This document shows, one piece after another, positions 1-13,930 of a stretch of DNA of 64,000 bases. The stretch's first letter is position 1; every line of letters begins with the position of its first letter. The translations under genes and the position numbers were made by a program. The stretch covers positions 2,088,616 through 2,152,615 of the forward strand of contig MU004186.1 of the NCBI GenBank assembly GCA_010093605.1, written 5' to 3'. Under the pieces are notes generated by a model. The model did no database searches, was not told where the DNA came from, and saw only the letters and a program-made list of their open reading frames with translations. The DNA comes from Lophium mytilinum (taxonomy: Eukaryota).

Positions 1-1819
1 GCTTACATCGAAGACGATCCCTCCACCCGCCTGAAGATAAGCGACCCCATCTTTCACAAGCATCGTCCGTAATGCGATGCATGTCTACCACTGTGTCAGC
101 TCGTTTTCTCACTCACTGACTCTGCGCGTGCACTCACATCCATCGCCCCTTCAACCTCCCTATCGCCGTCCACGGAGCCGTATCCAAAGTAGCCGACTGC
201 CCCCGCGTAGACCCCTCTCTTCTCGCCCTCCAGCTCCGCGATCAGCTGCATCGCGCGCACCTTGGGCGCCCCGCTCACCGTACCCGCAGGAAAAATTGAC
301 CTGAAGGCGTCGAATCGGCTCTTGCCGGGCCGGAGCACTCCAGATACCTCTGAGACGAGATGCTGCACATGTGAGAACTGCAGCGGGGTCAATCCTATCA
401 CACTCGGGCGGGGTTCCGATTTTCTGCGTGTCTCACCTTCTGGACCACCATCAACCGGTCCACGCGTGTCGACAGTGGGTCGCACACTCGATTTACGTCA
501 TTTCGCGCCAGATCCACCAACATGACCTGTGAAGAGGAACCGTGGTCAGCGTTTTCTTATTGCATCGAAAATTCTTCGACTCACGTGCTCTGCCCTGTCT
601 TTGAGCGAGTTCTGAAGCTCCTTCGCAAGAGCCTCGTCCTCCCGCAACGTCTTGCCCCTCTTGACTGTGCCAGCGATTGGATGTGTGATGATGCGACCTA
701 GCTCCTCCTTCACTAGAAGCTCTGGACTAGCTCCTACTATATGGAAGTCTACGCAGTCGAGGAAGAACAAGTACGGCGATGGATTCACATTGCGCAGATG
801 ACGGTAGATATTGAACGGATGCAGCGATGTTGGCCTTGAAAACCGCTGCGATGGAACAGCCTGGATAATGTCACCTTTCGTGATATGTTCCTTCAACTTC
901 TTGACGTGGTTCTCGTATCCGTTCTGGCCGATGTTCGAGGTATACTCTTGGTTTTCCTTTATAGGGCCCTGCTCCGGCATCGGTATGTCCTTGCTCTTAA
1001 GGATTGTTACCAGCCCGTGAAGCTCTGCCTTGGCCTTTTCATACGCAGGTTCAAGGTCGTCCAAGCTCGCCGGCACCTTCAGGTACGTTATGACCTTCAC
1101 AACCTGGAAGAAGTGGTCAAAGGCGATGATGGTGTCGCAGAGCATGAAGAAGCTCTCTGGAACCTTGAGGATGTCCTTCATGTCGTCTCTCCTTGTCTTT
1201 GGCTCGAAATACTTGACGCAGTCTACATGCACGTTAGTAAGTGCCATAATTGAGGGTCAGGACAGTTGCTGACCATAGCCAACATAACCAACAGCCCCTC
1301 CTGTCATAGGAGGGAGCTGTATGGAGGGGACTGTAGCTACCCTGCTTTTCGCAAGCTCTTTCTCCAGAGCGGGAAGTGGGTCAACTTCGTCACCGAACCC
1401 TGGACCGGTCTGCAGGACATCTCGAGGATCTAGAGGCGTCAAAAGGGTGCTTTGGGGGAGACATAGTATGACCGACCTGCACCGATGAAGCTATATCTCC
1501 CGATGGTCTCCGTTGTAGCAGCACTCTCAAATAGAAATGAGAGCCCTGATTTCGACCTATGCTGCTCTTAACAAATGTTCCTTGTCTCTGCGCCGATGAC
1601 TCACTGACTTCGAGGACACTTTCAGGTATATGGACGACGGGGTCAGGAACTCGGCGGAGATGGAGGAGAAGACGGGAACGAGGTTCGGGGGGTTCGGCGA
1701 CTGTATGGCAGAGGCCAGCACCTCTCGGATGGTGTCGAGAGATGGTTGGACACCTAGCTGTTCACGCGGTCAGTAACGGTTTAGGACAGTATGACTGGAC
1801 GGCTTACTTGCGAGGCCAT
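1..1819 (-). CDS. TRP2: Anthranilate synthase component I (multi-exon; 3' end runs off the window)
   Basis: Exons translate to [98 protein letters not shown] and [14 protein letters not shown] introns; ATG at 1819. Confidence 0.95.
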
Positions 1820-2260
1820 GGCAGCACGCAGTCAATCAAGAGTCAATATCAGCACCAAATGGGCACGCAGAGATCAATGCAACGAGAATATGAGAGGTGC
1901 TGGTGTCACGAAGGTTCAAATTGACGTGAGAACCAGAGGCTAAAAAAGATGCTTACTTCGGTACCGGCAGCGGGACAAGCAGATCCATGCCGTTTTAATG
2001 GCGGGGCGGTCTGGTGGGGCACGTCAGTTCGAAGCGCCCCAGCCTCCTCGAACGACCTCTCGTCGCAAGTGAAGAGCTTCACGGGCACACGAGGCCACAC
2101 CCCGCCCAACAATACCAAGCTGGCTATTCACGCCTTATTCACTCTGCTCGCTCCTCGCCGTCGTCAACAAGATGCGCCGGCGCCTGCAACCGCCATGCGA
2201 CACATCCTTCCTCCTTCTCACTCCATCCGCACTCGCGATAAGGCAGTAACCGCAACCACG

Positions 2261-3677
2261 ATGCAGTACCCGTACTCTCCGCAGACTCCGCCGTTCAGCG
2301 CCCAGTCCTTCGGTCGCAGCTTGTTCGACTCTCCCTTCTCCGACTATGGCACCGAACCATCTCACTCCCCGGACGTCTCATTGTCTCCGGCGCAAAAGCT
2401 TATCCTCAATCGCCTTACCTTAATCGGCCACCAGATTCTTCGCAAGGACATTAGCAAGGAGAGAATGCGCTTGCTGAGCGAACGCCTTGACGCCGTCGAC
2501 GGCGTAGTCCATGCTCCCGAGACCCAGAGCAGGTCTGAACTCGAAGACTCGGCCCTGTTCATCGATAGCGACGACGACGAAGCGATGGACATCGCTTCAG
2601 GACTTGGCCTCTCTGGCAATACTCTTTACGACTCTAAGGATGCCAAGAAGGACGACCGCAAAGACAATGGCGGCGGAGAAGAGCTGGGCTGTCGTACGGA
2701 ATGGGAGGAGGGAAGCACCCTTGGTGACGTTGAAGCTGACCACAACCTCGACGATGTGTTCTATACGCCTGTGAGGAAGAGCTTCTCTCGCCTGAGCCGA
2801 CCTCCACCAGCAACTTCTGTCGCTGAGGAAGGGACTGTGGATGAGATTCTGGCTAGCATTGCAGAGGTGTGCATGCGACACCAAGAGACCAAAGTAAGTA
2901 GCACGATCCTTGACATATTACCTCGTCAAGTCCACCGTTCAGCTTCTGACATTCTTTCAGTATCTCAACTCGCTCATGCTGGAAGAGCTTGATGTGGCCA
3001 ATGCAGAGAATACTACCCTTCGCAACCTTAACGACAAACTGATTCTCGATCTCCACCTCGACTACTCTGAGCTTCTCTTCCTCAAGGTCCAACTCCAGAC
3101 GATTGAGACTCACGCCTTACCACTCGAAGACGAAGACTCGGAATTCTCCTTCGTCCGCGCAATCGAACGTCTTGAGCTTAACTGGCGTGACGTGGAGAAG
3201 CACTTGGCCACCCGCATGGAGACGCATGGCCAAGACAAGTATGCCGAGAAGCTGAGGGCTACTTTGCCAAGGGATCTCCGAGAATCTCTCAGAAGGGCTC
3301 GGAGCGTGTCTCCCATCCGACCTCCTAATGATATCCTGGAACGCCTGTCTCGTGCCTCGACTCGATCCAACTCACGCACGAGAGCCGACTCTGCTGCTAG
3401 CGCCACTTCTATCGTGGATATCGCCAATTCTGTGGTCGACTCTACTCTCGGACCAGTCGAGTCCATCGAGGAGGCAGACCATGACGAAGCGGCCAACTTG
3501 CACGAGGCAACCGACCTTCCCGAAGCAGACGAGGAGGACGATGGAGAAGAGCTCGATGAGCAAGCAGAGCAAGAGAGTTCAAGGCCTGCTATAGGCTTCT
3601 GGGATGCTCTCGCTAGAGCCGCTGGTATCGTCGACTACTACGACCTCCTCGCCGACAACGACGACACCTCGACTTGA
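2261..3677 (+). CDS. Hypothetical protein (acidic, predicted coiled-coil segment), 2 exons
   Basis: Two long ORFs joined by an intron at 2894-2960 (GTAAGT...CTGAC...TTTCAG) that restores the frame; start codon uncertain; no recognisable domain. Confidence 0.7.
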
Positions 3678-4096
3678 TCACCACTTTCTCACCTTCTTAT
3701 CATTTCAAGCACCAGCACATCCAAAAGCGACATCTGAAGTACTAGTAGGAACTTCTGTTGATGCTTGATCTTCTTGTCATGTTCCTTTGGCACGAATTGG
3801 ACGAGTTGGAGTTCAGGGTAAGGGATTGCTTGGACACGAATACACGACTGTACGACTGCATCATGCTTTTTCATTGATTCGTTTCCATCAGCTAACGACG
3901 ACATGGCCCTTCCTGTATCATAGTTCGATTACTCTTGCCACTTTCGAGCGGCCTCTAGGGCAAGGATTGGGGCGGCTTTTTGGGATAGCGTTCACGATAC
4001 CCCAGCAAAGCAATTGGCGCCAGGCTTTTCCATTCTGTATGTAGTAATACAAACCCCGTAGGGCTAAACTTCTGAACTGCAACGCTCTCTATCATA

Positions 4097-5114
4097 TCAA
4101 ACCGTCGGCTGGTACTCCTTCTTATGCGCCTGCGTCGCCCCCGACGCTTTCCACGCGCTTAGTAGCAGGTTCACGATATGATCCACCGCCACCCCATTCT
4201 TCACCTGCGCAAATATCGTCGGGCCTCCTTCCCTACAAATCACCCTCTTGTTAGCCACATAACATCCCCCCCATCACAGCAACGGAAAATCGACGAGCAG
4301 AACTCACCTCATCTTCCTCGCATCCCGCTCCATAACCCCCAAATCCGCGCCCACAATCTCCGCCAAATCCGTCTTATTCACCACCAGCAAATCGCTCTGC
4401 GTGATCCCCGGCCCGCCCTTCCTCGGAATCTTATCCCCGCCACTGACATCAATCACGTATATGATAAAATCCGCCAGCTCTCTGCTGTAATTCGCGGCGA
4501 GGTTGTCGCCCCCGCTTTCGATGAGCAGGATGTCGGCGTCAAAGTCCTTGTGTAAGTCTTCGAGTGCCGCGAGGTTCGTCGAGATGTCTTCGCGCACGGC
4601 GGCGTGCGGGCAGCCTCCGGTTTCGATGGCGCGGATGCGTGGTGCCGGGAGCGCGGATGCGCGGGTGAGGAATTCGGCGTCTTCGCGCGTGAAGATGTCG
4701 TTGGTTACCGCGGCGATGGAGTAGGTGTTGCGGAGGGCGAGGCAGAGGGCGAGCATGAGGGCGGTTTTGCCGGAGCCGACGGGGCTGGAGATGGGGTGTT
4801 AACCGCCTGGTAGCCTTTTCTTTGATTGAAGCAGGGAGTTGAGGATTTTGGGTGGGGACGATGCGTATAGAGCTTGAGGTTGAAGTTTGAAAGGGGGGTG
4901 GGAAGAAGGGGAGGGGATTGATGTTTACACACCCTCCTATTCCAACGGTGAAGGCGCGGTCGGACCATGTCCGGCCTTCGATCAGTGGCATCTCGCGCCC
5001 GAGGAACGAGCCGGGGCCGTCGAGGATCTCGTGGGTGTGGCCGTGGTCGGCCGGGGTGGGGTTGTGGGAGTGGCTGTGGCTGTGGCTGCCGTCGTGGGAG
5101 TGGGAGTGTGCCAT
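4097..5114 (-). CDS. ureG: Urease accessory GTPase UreG, 3 exons
   Basis: His-rich N-terminus, P-loop [59 protein letters not shown]; introns 4785-4932 and 4233-4307. Confidence 0.96.
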
Positions 5115-6063
5115 GATGAACCGTTATAAAAGGGATCTAGTACAAGTTGGAGTGCAAATGAGATTGGGATATACAGAAGAGAGAGCTGTGGTGGTGTCGT
5201 GGATACACGGAGCTCAGGAACAGAAGATGGCGGGGTACCTATGGTGGGGTTGCTTTTTGGAGCATAGAGCTCCGAATGGACCAATCATGCGCACTCAGCA
5301 TGCATTATGCTCCAATTGGTACAGGAGGATACTGACTCTCGTTTTTGTAGCTCGAGATTGTCGTGTTAATGTGGTCTAGCTAGGTGGTGTTTGTGAGATG
5401 TCAACTGCTTCATGGTCTCTGTTGGTTCAGGGCCTAGGTGTAACGTCAAGTAAGAAGCAATAAGGACTTCACGCGACATTATGTATACGATGGCCTTATT
5501 TGCTGCTAGCATTAATTGTTGTAGGTAATTGTTACAATCCAGCACTTTTAATATGCGTCTACTCAATGAATGCCCGATGAAGAAGAGGTCGAGGGAGTTG
5601 AATAGGGGCTGCTTTAACAGTGGCGGAGACTCTGTTTGAGGGTTCGAGGGGGTGGGATGGTTGGGGGATTGATTAGGATAAAAGGAGGACGGATCTAGTG
5701 AAGCTTTTGCGAAGGGTTTAGCCGTTTATAAAAGGGTTACTGATTATTGATTACAAGGCGGAGGATTTGATGGGTGGTATTCGAGTAACCTCTTTGCATG
5801 CACAAGAAGTAACTCTGGAAAAGGTATTCAAGCTTAACCACCTATCCTACGAGTATTGCGAGTAGTCTAGACACTATACAAGATATCGCATCAGCCCGTG
5901 ACCCACCCTCCTCAATATGGAGATGTCGCAAAGCAGATACACGCCGCCGAAAATGCTGCAGAAAGGACCACCATAACGGTTTCGCTACCCCGAAGGAAAA
6001 TATGCATTGTAAGAGAAGGCAGTTCGGCGAGTCGACATAACAAAGGCGTCTGTTCAACGATAC

Positions 6064-9000
6064 TCAGGTCTTCTTCGGGCGTCCCTTCGCCTTCGCCTTC
6101 GGTTTCGGCTTGACGTCCTCGTCAATCTCCATGTCGTCGTCGTCGTCCTTCACTTTCTTCCCTTTACCCTTGCCCGCGGCAGCCTTCTTCTTCTTGGGCT
6201 GCTTAACGTATTTGTCCTTACTCAGGTCATTTTCCGCGTCATCGTCCTTGGCTTCCTCAACAACCTCTTCCTCGTCGGACTCCTCGATAGCCTCTTCAAG
6301 ATCCGGCTTCTCCTTTGCCGCTTTCTTGGGCGCTGCAACCGAGCTGGCTTTCATGAATGAAAGAGGGTGAGACTGTTGATTGTACCTAGAGATGACCACA
6401 TTAGCGTTGAACATCAAGAACACCTTAAAACGGGAAACGTACGATCTCGTGAAACTAGCCTTCGCCTGTGTTTCTAGCTTCACCTTCTCTTGATCCATGT
6501 ACCCGACCCCCAGCTCCATGATTGCGTCGAAGTCGTCCCTAGTGAGGAAATAGCTATCCATGAGGTCGATAACATCTTGAACCGCATCCTTTCCTTCAAG
6601 TTGGAGCTTCTTAACCATTTTCTCCCAGAGTACCGGAACGTACTGCTGCCGAATCTCATGGCGGTCGCCGGATGAGCGCAGTCGCATATGTCCTTGGATC
6701 TCCTTGACGAAGCGAGTGAGCTTCTGCTGGTTGCTGTTCTTCCCGAGCCAGGACGTGAACCGAGTTTGGTTGCCGGCCAAGCTGCCCGAAACGAAGCTGG
6801 CTGGTCGGACAAAGCTGAAGACAGCGTGCGTGGGCATAAGGCTCCACTGCTGCTGGGAGCCGTGAATCATCCTATCAACGAGATCGCCATCGCTGATACT
6901 CTCTGCGGCCTGTTCGACAAGTTCCAGTTGCTTGAGGTTCCTCTCACGCCCCTGATATGACAAGGCTTGCATGGGATTGGTCCCCAGATAATTTTCCTCC
7001 AGCATGAGATAGCTGAACTCGTGGTCGTTGAAGTACAGCTCGATCTTATCATTTAGCGTTGCCTTGCTACTCTCAGCAAACATGCCGCCGCCGAGTATCT
7101 TGTTCGTGATGTCCCATGGCTTGAGAATGACGTGCTTTTCCCAGGACTTGGACATCTCCTTTCCTTTGTCGAAATTCATGGATGTCTGGTCCAGTTTGGC
7201 TGTTGATATCATGTTGACCACCTGACGGATGTCTGCGTGGCTACCTTCGATAAGGGCATTGATGACGTTCGGTGGGAGCTTCAAGCCCTCGCGGAAGGCA
7301 ATCGTGGATATACGCGACCGAATGTTGTCGACAGTCGGCCGTCTGAACTGCAGATCGAAAGTGCAGTAATCGAAAGGCTTCATCTTCGGAAGGCGGCGGT
7401 CGTTGCAGATGAGGATCATCGGGATTTGCGTCTTCTTGCAAACAGCAGCTAAAGCTCCCACGCCACCTCTATCTCCGGCTGACATACCGTCAACTTCATC
7501 CATGATTAGAACCAGCTTCTTCTTGGACGCTTCGACCTGCTTCCCGTCACCAGAAAAGTATCCTAGGAGAGACGTTGTGCTTAGGACTCCTTTGAGCCCG
7601 TTCTCAACCATCTTTTTGCTTCGAGTATCACTGGCATTGCTTTCGACCACATCATAACCTTCTAGCTTGGCAACTAGATGTGCTGCAGTTGTCTTGCCAA
7701 TTCCAGGTGGACCATGAATGATGACTGCTCGAAAGGTGCCGCTACCATCCGGACCAGCCATTCTAAAGCCTATCTTTTGATTCTTTTGAAACTTGTTGAG
7801 CCAACGCTGCAACTTTTCGACTGGTGCTTTGTTGCCACAAATCTGGCCCAGACTAGAGGGCGCGTATTTGACAGTCCAGAGCCTACTGTCCACCTCGGGC
7901 TCTTTGCCTTTGGCCGCAGGCAATGGCGCTTTGCTGGCGCTCGCTCCACCAAGTGCTTTCTGCTTGAGGTCTACCTCCTTCTTGCGCTGGGCTGCCAGCT
8001 TTCGCTCCTCTTTCTCCATTTCAGCCGCAGCTTCCTCTATCTTCTTTGCTTCCGTTGCTAGCTTTTTCTCATACTCGGCAGCCGCTTTGCCGTCACCACC
8101 GTTGGGAGGTAATCGACGAATTAGTTCCGCAAGTCCGTTCTCGTCGATTGTCTTGATGCCATTCTCTTTGATCTTACGAAGCTTGCTCGGTCCCGCATCG
8201 CTGCCTAGTACAACGTAACTCGTCTTCTTACTCGGCGCTCCGGTAACCTTGCCACCATATCTCTTTACCAGGGCTTGCGCCTCCTCTCGTTGCCAGAACT
8301 GACCGACCCCAGTAAAGACGAAAGTCAAGCCTGCGAGACAGTTCTCAGCTCCTGTAGGCATCTCCATGCTACCACCAGTGGGCTGAGCACCTTGATTGCC
8401 TCCGCCAAATTTGAACTTGGCCGCTTCTCCATTTTGGGGTGGTGGAGTTGGGGGGCGAACAAGTGGAATGCTATCATAAATAGCCTGAACTGCGGAACTC
8501 TCGGTTGCTTCTTCTTTCTTCGCCTTCTTCTTGACGGGTGACTTCTTAGTATCTTGAGCTTTCCGGCCCCTACCCTTCTTTGGCGTTTCTTCTTCCTCGT
8601 CGTCAAGTTCCACTGATTTGCGCTTCAGACCGGCACGAGGTTTCTTCGCGTTAGCCTTCCCAGGCTTGTCGGCCAATATACGCTCATCATCATCCGGATC
8701 AAGAAAGTCGTCCTCTGGGTCTGCGTCTTTCATATCGACATCCTCGTCCGGCTCAAAATCATCTTCATCTTGGATAGACTTCTTCTGGGCACTCTTCTTC
8801 GGAGTGGCACGAACCGGTAGAACAATGGGATCCTCATCTTGTTCATCCTCAATCTCAACATAATCGTCCCTCTTTCCGTTCTTTTTGAAGTTGGCGGTAA
8901 ATATATCATCTCCACCATCGAGATCATCGTCGAAGAAGTCCTCGTCTTCGTCTTTCAGCGCAGCGTACGTGACTGGTTTCTTTGTCCGAGTGGAGGTTTT

Positions 9001-9625
9001 GCCATTTGTAGGCGGTGTATATGGTAGAGCTTTCGTAGTTTTGCCATTGGTCTTCGAGGGTGTAGGCTTCGGAGTGGATTCGGTAGCCTTCTTCGGCTTG
9101 ACTACCACCTCGGATCGCTTTGGCTTGTTCTTGCTACCGAAGAACTCAGATGTAGTGGTAGCTTCACCTTCCGGAGATGGGGCTCGCTTTCTGGAAACAA
9201 AAAACAGATTAGTTCTGCCGATCAGCATACAATGGCGGGGGAAGCTTACATCTGCTTCTTTGGTGTCGCTTTCTTAGGGGTAGTTTTCTTTGGCCTAGGA
9301 GGCGTCAGTTCAGGGCTATTGCCTCACTTGAACAGGCACTAACTTCTCCTCAAGTCCCTCTTCATCATCGTCAGAGTCATCAATGATCTTTCGCGCGGGC
9401 CTGCCAGGCTTCTTCTTCGGACCAGTCTGTAATCGCGTGTGTGCCATGTCAGCGCTGCCTAATTGGATGGTCGAGAAGGAAAGTGAGGGCAATAAACTAC
9501 AGAGGAAAGTGAAGAACAGTAGCTCATACCTCTGCCTTCTTTACAGGCGGCTTTTGGCTCTGTTGGCTCCCCTGACTTCTGCCCTGCGCGCCACCGCCAA
9601 AAAAGCTGCGAATATCCGCCGGCAT
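6064..9625 (-). CDS. RFC1: Replication factor C large subunit
   Basis: N-terminus MPADIRSFFGGG, BRCT domain (CLAGLTFVFTG...GGKVTGAPSKKTSYVVLG), LWTVKYAP, Walker A GPPGIGKTT, Walker B LIMDEVDGMS and RFC1 C-terminal domain; several introns near the 5' end and one near 6386-6441. Confidence 0.96.
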
Positions 9626-9765
9626 GGCGCCCGATTGTACTCAGACAGTCCTCCCGAAGAGTTGAATTGACGAACAATGGATGCTGCACCAGCAATTATT
9701 GTACAACGTCGTTGTGGTGGGTTTCGATGGGGGTGTTGAAATTCACGCTGAGGGGAAGAAAGTCG

Positions 9766-9771
9766 ACGCGT
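9766..9771. promoter_or_regulatory. MCB (MluI cell-cycle box) ACGCGT in the RFC1/MRPL16 bidirectional promoter
   Basis: Exact ACGCGT about 140 bp upstream of the RFC1 ATG; MCB boxes are typical of fungal DNA-replication genes. Confidence 0.5.
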
Positions 9772-9923
9772 CCATGACGCCGGATCAGACGGGCAAGCGC
9801 GACGAGCTGCACTTTATTAAATTACGACGCTAGTCCTATTTACAAAGTCTTGGCGTAATGTATTTTATCGAACCTCCGTCTGAAAGCTCACCACCAAGCC
9901 TGCATCGCCAACAGCCAACAGCC

Positions 9924-10767
9924 ATGCCGCCCCCGAGGATATGTCCGTCGCTGACGGCTCAATTGAGTCGCCTGGCAGTCTCTCCAGCACGCCCCAGACG
10001 TACCATTCCCAATACCCCCCATCTGAGTAGTAGCTGAACAATTCATAGTCCTCCCCCGGCCTCAACCACTTCTCCGCTCCTCCATCCGCGCCTTCTCCAC
10101 AACCCCAACTCGCTTCAATTGGCTCATGCCGAAAGGCGGCGAAAACAAGAAGTCCCGAAAAGGCCGTTGCCGTGTCCCCACTGGCGGCAGCACGCGCGGC
10201 ACGACCGTCGTCTGGGGCGACTATGGGCTGCGGATGCGCGACCACGATCGGCGCATCTCCGCACATCAGCTCAAGATTGCCGAAGAGACTATCAGGAAGC
10301 GGCTACGTGGAATGAAGTTCCGCCTGTATATGCGGATCGCCGCGAACATTGGCGTGTACACGAGTGGTAACGAGAGCAGAATGGGAAAGGGAAAGGGCAG
10401 TTTCGACCATTGGGCAAGCAGAGTGGCAGTTAGCAAGATTCTGTTCGAGATACAGGGGGATTTGCATGAGCAGGTTGTAAAGGATGCTTTTAGGTTGGCT
10501 GGGAATAAGTTACCTGGTATGTTGGGCCTCTTCAATCTCTTGGGTTGAACTTCCGGTGGAGAAGCCAAGACTAACAAAGTCATAGGTCTATATGAGTTCG
10601 TAAAGAAGGGCGACCCCCCGGTAATGGGCATCACAAAAGTGGGGATAAATGGTATCACGGAGGCAGATCTAAGAAGGCCGAGGAGGAAGCTGCCGCTTGA
10701 AGAAACAGCTGCAAGATTACCATCAGCTACGCCTGCAGTTATCTCTACACCCGCAGTTGTTTCATGA
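9924..10767 (+). CDS. MRPL16: Mitochondrial ribosomal protein uL16m, 3 exons
   Basis: KSRKGRCRVPTGGSTRGTTVVWGDYGLR, SGNESRMGKGKGSFDHWASRV, AFRLAGNKLPG; introns at about 9997-10048 and 10517-10585; TGA at 10765-10767. Confidence 0.93.
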
Positions 10768-11478
10768 GTATGTATATATAGGAGCTGTATATCACTGTAG
10801 AAATGTCAGGTTCCGTCAGCGTCATCCTGGCTATCTTGTTCTGTCTCTCATCTGACGGTGCAATTCGATAGAGCTCTTTTCGTTGTTCGACTCTGGATTA
10901 TGGCACGTTGCGCTCAATCAAAGACATATCCGGTTGACATGCGTCTCGAACACAAAAGCCGAGGTGAGCAAAGGGTGGTGATGCAAACACGATCGCAACA
11001 GGGCAAAAGGAAAGGATTTTAGAAGGAACACTATGTACAGCGGAGTTGGGATTTCAGCCACTTTCCTAGCAATGCACGCAATTTGTTCCGTACATAAAGG
11101 TATATGCGAGCAACGTGACGCATGAGGAGTGGCTGCGGATATCCGCGAACAAACAAATCGCTAGAGAGTTGCGGGCATGTCCCTGCTACTATGTGCCACA
11201 TTGTTGAAATACCGATCCTCACAGGTGGTGGTTAACAGTACTTTGATGTGACTTATAAATACTAGGGCAGTGTGACGCTTATAAGCAGTAGAAGCCTGCA
11301 TGATCATGACAGCCATACTCTGGGGTCCAATCGCAGATGACAGCCCAGGTAGCTGCCCAAACGATTTTGAAGGCAGCTGAGAGAAACGATTACATTACAC
11401 TATCCTTAGATTATGTGTAGACTTTTCCCAACGCCTTTCGCCCGCTAACATCAAGAAACAGACTCACTCTTTCATCCC

Positions 11479-12169
11479 TCATTCTTCACCAGGATATTCC
11501 TTTGCAACCCTTCTCTCCCTCCTTGTCAATTCCACCTCCATCTTTTTCTTACCATCAGCGAATCCTGTCAGCCCATCATCGTTATAATCGAAATAGAGCG
11601 CCCACGATCCATCTTCTTCCTTTACTGCCATAAAGCCCTCCCATCCATCCAGTGTCGTGCGACGTTCAATCGGTGTCACCGTCCATGGCCCTACAATGTT
11701 TGGCTCTGCGTCAACGCGCAGCCCATACCGGAGTTCGCAAGTATAAGAGTCCATATACACCCAGTTGAGTTGTGGAGGGTCGTCAGATATTGTGGTAACC
11801 ATGCCTTCGCCCTTTCGACCCCAGTTCTCCTCAGGGAATGGGAGGAAGTAGCCGGCGAAAAGGTGGCCTCCAGGATTTGAGCGAGTGGCGTCTGGTGATG
11901 CGATGTAAAGCTAACATTCGGTCGCAATTAGTAACTGCAGGTCTTGATGAATCTTTGCGCGGTTCAAGTACCTTTCCATCTCGCAGCACTACCAAACAGC
12001 CATTTATCTCGCTAGCGCTTTTTGATCTACTGAAACAGCCGACTATCATGTTCGACTTTACGCCCCGATGCTTTTCTTTGGCGTTTTTGTTTTGACCTGA
12101 TCTCACAGCTTCTGTCGTGCCGATAATAGCTGGACACGCCGCTATGGCGGTCATGATCCCTAGAACCAT
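11479..12169 (-). CDS. Conserved fungal hypothetical protein, 2 exons
   Basis: MVLGIMTAIAACPAIIGTTEAVR...HLFAGYFLPFP...GMVTTISDDPPQLNWVYMD...GWEGFMAVKE...WALYFD; intron 11911-11971 joins the two ORFs in frame. Confidence 0.85.
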
Positions 12170-13418
12170 CTTGTTTACTGTTTGAGTTTTTGAGCTGTGG
12201 TTTTGAGGTGATGATTCGAAAAGTTGACACGAAGGAGCGATTAGATGCAAACGTTTAATGACACAAGTTCTAGATTGAGAGATGGAAGAAGAGTAGCACG
12301 AAGTCTTGTCGAGTTCGAGCGTTCTAGGAAGAGCTAACGCGTCCGGCGTAGAATAGTCTAGCAGCGGGCACCCATCCGTCCCCACGTACTGGACGACACT
12401 CTGCCCACTTCGCCCCATGACGACGTAATGCAGTGTTCAAGTTTGACCAGGGGCATAGGGGCTGTTTCGATCCAAAAGCAAGATTACCGAATGGCCGTGC
12501 AGGTCACCCCCAGGACCCCCGCTCATATCTGCCAAGCCCTCGTCTCGCTCCTAAAACTCAAACCTCCTGTCCAAACTCTCTGAGTGGAGAGCAAGTTGAA
12601 CGCAGAGCAGCCTAGCAACCTGCCACATGTACTTCCGCTTCAGCAATCTGCTAATATCATGTTCAATGTAACTATTACAGGTTACAACAGTCACCTTATC
12701 GACGATGCGTTCGGACCTTTGCAGGGTCATGCTATACCCTGTGCAACCATCGTCATCCCGCGTCCCGGAGACGCCTCCAAACGGCCACTTACCGGATTAT
12801 CCTGAGATCAGTGCCGCAGAAGGCAGACCCACCACCAGTGTCTCAGAAAAGATACAGAAATACTTGGAAGCGTGCAAGGATCCCCCACCATTAAAGTTGG
12901 TTCTCGTGCAGAATGGCGGGGGGATCCATTCCGACGCCGCTGTGGATCAGGGTCTGGTGTGCTAAGTGGTGCACGATGACCCTTTTGCTAAAGCACAAGG
13001 ACCCTGTTAATCGGTGCAATCGAGGCAAGATGAACCGTTCACCGGTATGATCCGGGCAGGTGGGTGCGGATATCTCAGACTGGAGCCAGAAGCAGGATTT
13101 TGGTGACCCAGTACGTTCGGTTTTCTGCCTATTCGAATCGTTCGCCGCGTTGACATGCCTGCTCGAAAAGCTAGGGAGATCTAGTGGGTATGGGATGGTA
13201 CCAAGAAACGATGCTTGACGCGGCGTCGTCATAGTGGTTAGACATTCGATGGCACCCTTCATAAATACTACTGTTCTCAGCTTAAACCCTCTCTTCTCAT
13301 CAGCAACTATCAATCCACCAATTCCCACTCCAATCTACGCCGCAATTCCCGGCCTCCATCCCTCATCACGGTCCTCCCTCCTGAATATCCGCAGAAGAAG
13401 AAGCAGAACACCACAGCC

Positions 13419-13930
13419 ATGTCTCAAACCAAAAGGTTCGTACCCGACCTTTCAATAGCTGGGATCCCATTGTCTATTAGTAGCTAACACTAGACTTCAG
13501 CCAAGAAAAGCAGCAGAACAGCGCCCAAGACTCCAATGCCGAGGGTTCCGATTCCGATAACGATGACCAGCAATTGGCAGCACCCACAGCTCCTCAACAA
13601 ATGGGTACGTTCTACTTCTTCACTACCCACATCTACTATCAATGTAGCCTATCCTTTCCACACTATCGTCATGTCATCCACGTCACATTGTGTCATCCAT
13701 CACTAGTCACTATTCACCCAACTGCCGCCCACCCATACTAACCCATCTCAGCCAAGCCCCGCGGAGGTTCCAAGCGCATAGTTCCTGTGCACCAATCCCG
13801 CATCGCGGACCGCCCTGCCAAAGTCGGCGAGAAAGATTCGTCACTAAAGATTAAGATCGAGCTGGACTTGGAAGTTGAGGTAGAAATTTATGCCCGCGTG
13901 AAGGGCGACATCACGATCGGACTTATGTAG
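13419..13930 (+). CDS. Small conserved fungal protein ending SSLKIKIELDLEVEVEIYARVKGDITIGLM; alternative terminal exon at 14004-14054
   Basis: ATG 13419; introns about 13436-13500 (GTTCGT...CTAAC...CAG) and 13604-13751 (GTACGT...CTAAC...CAG) give an open frame to TAG at 13930. Absent from the ORF track because the exons are short. Confidence 0.8.

Noticed and set aside
5040..5114. His-rich N-terminal repeat of UreG
   Set aside because: A known feature of fungal and plant UreG proteins, not novel.
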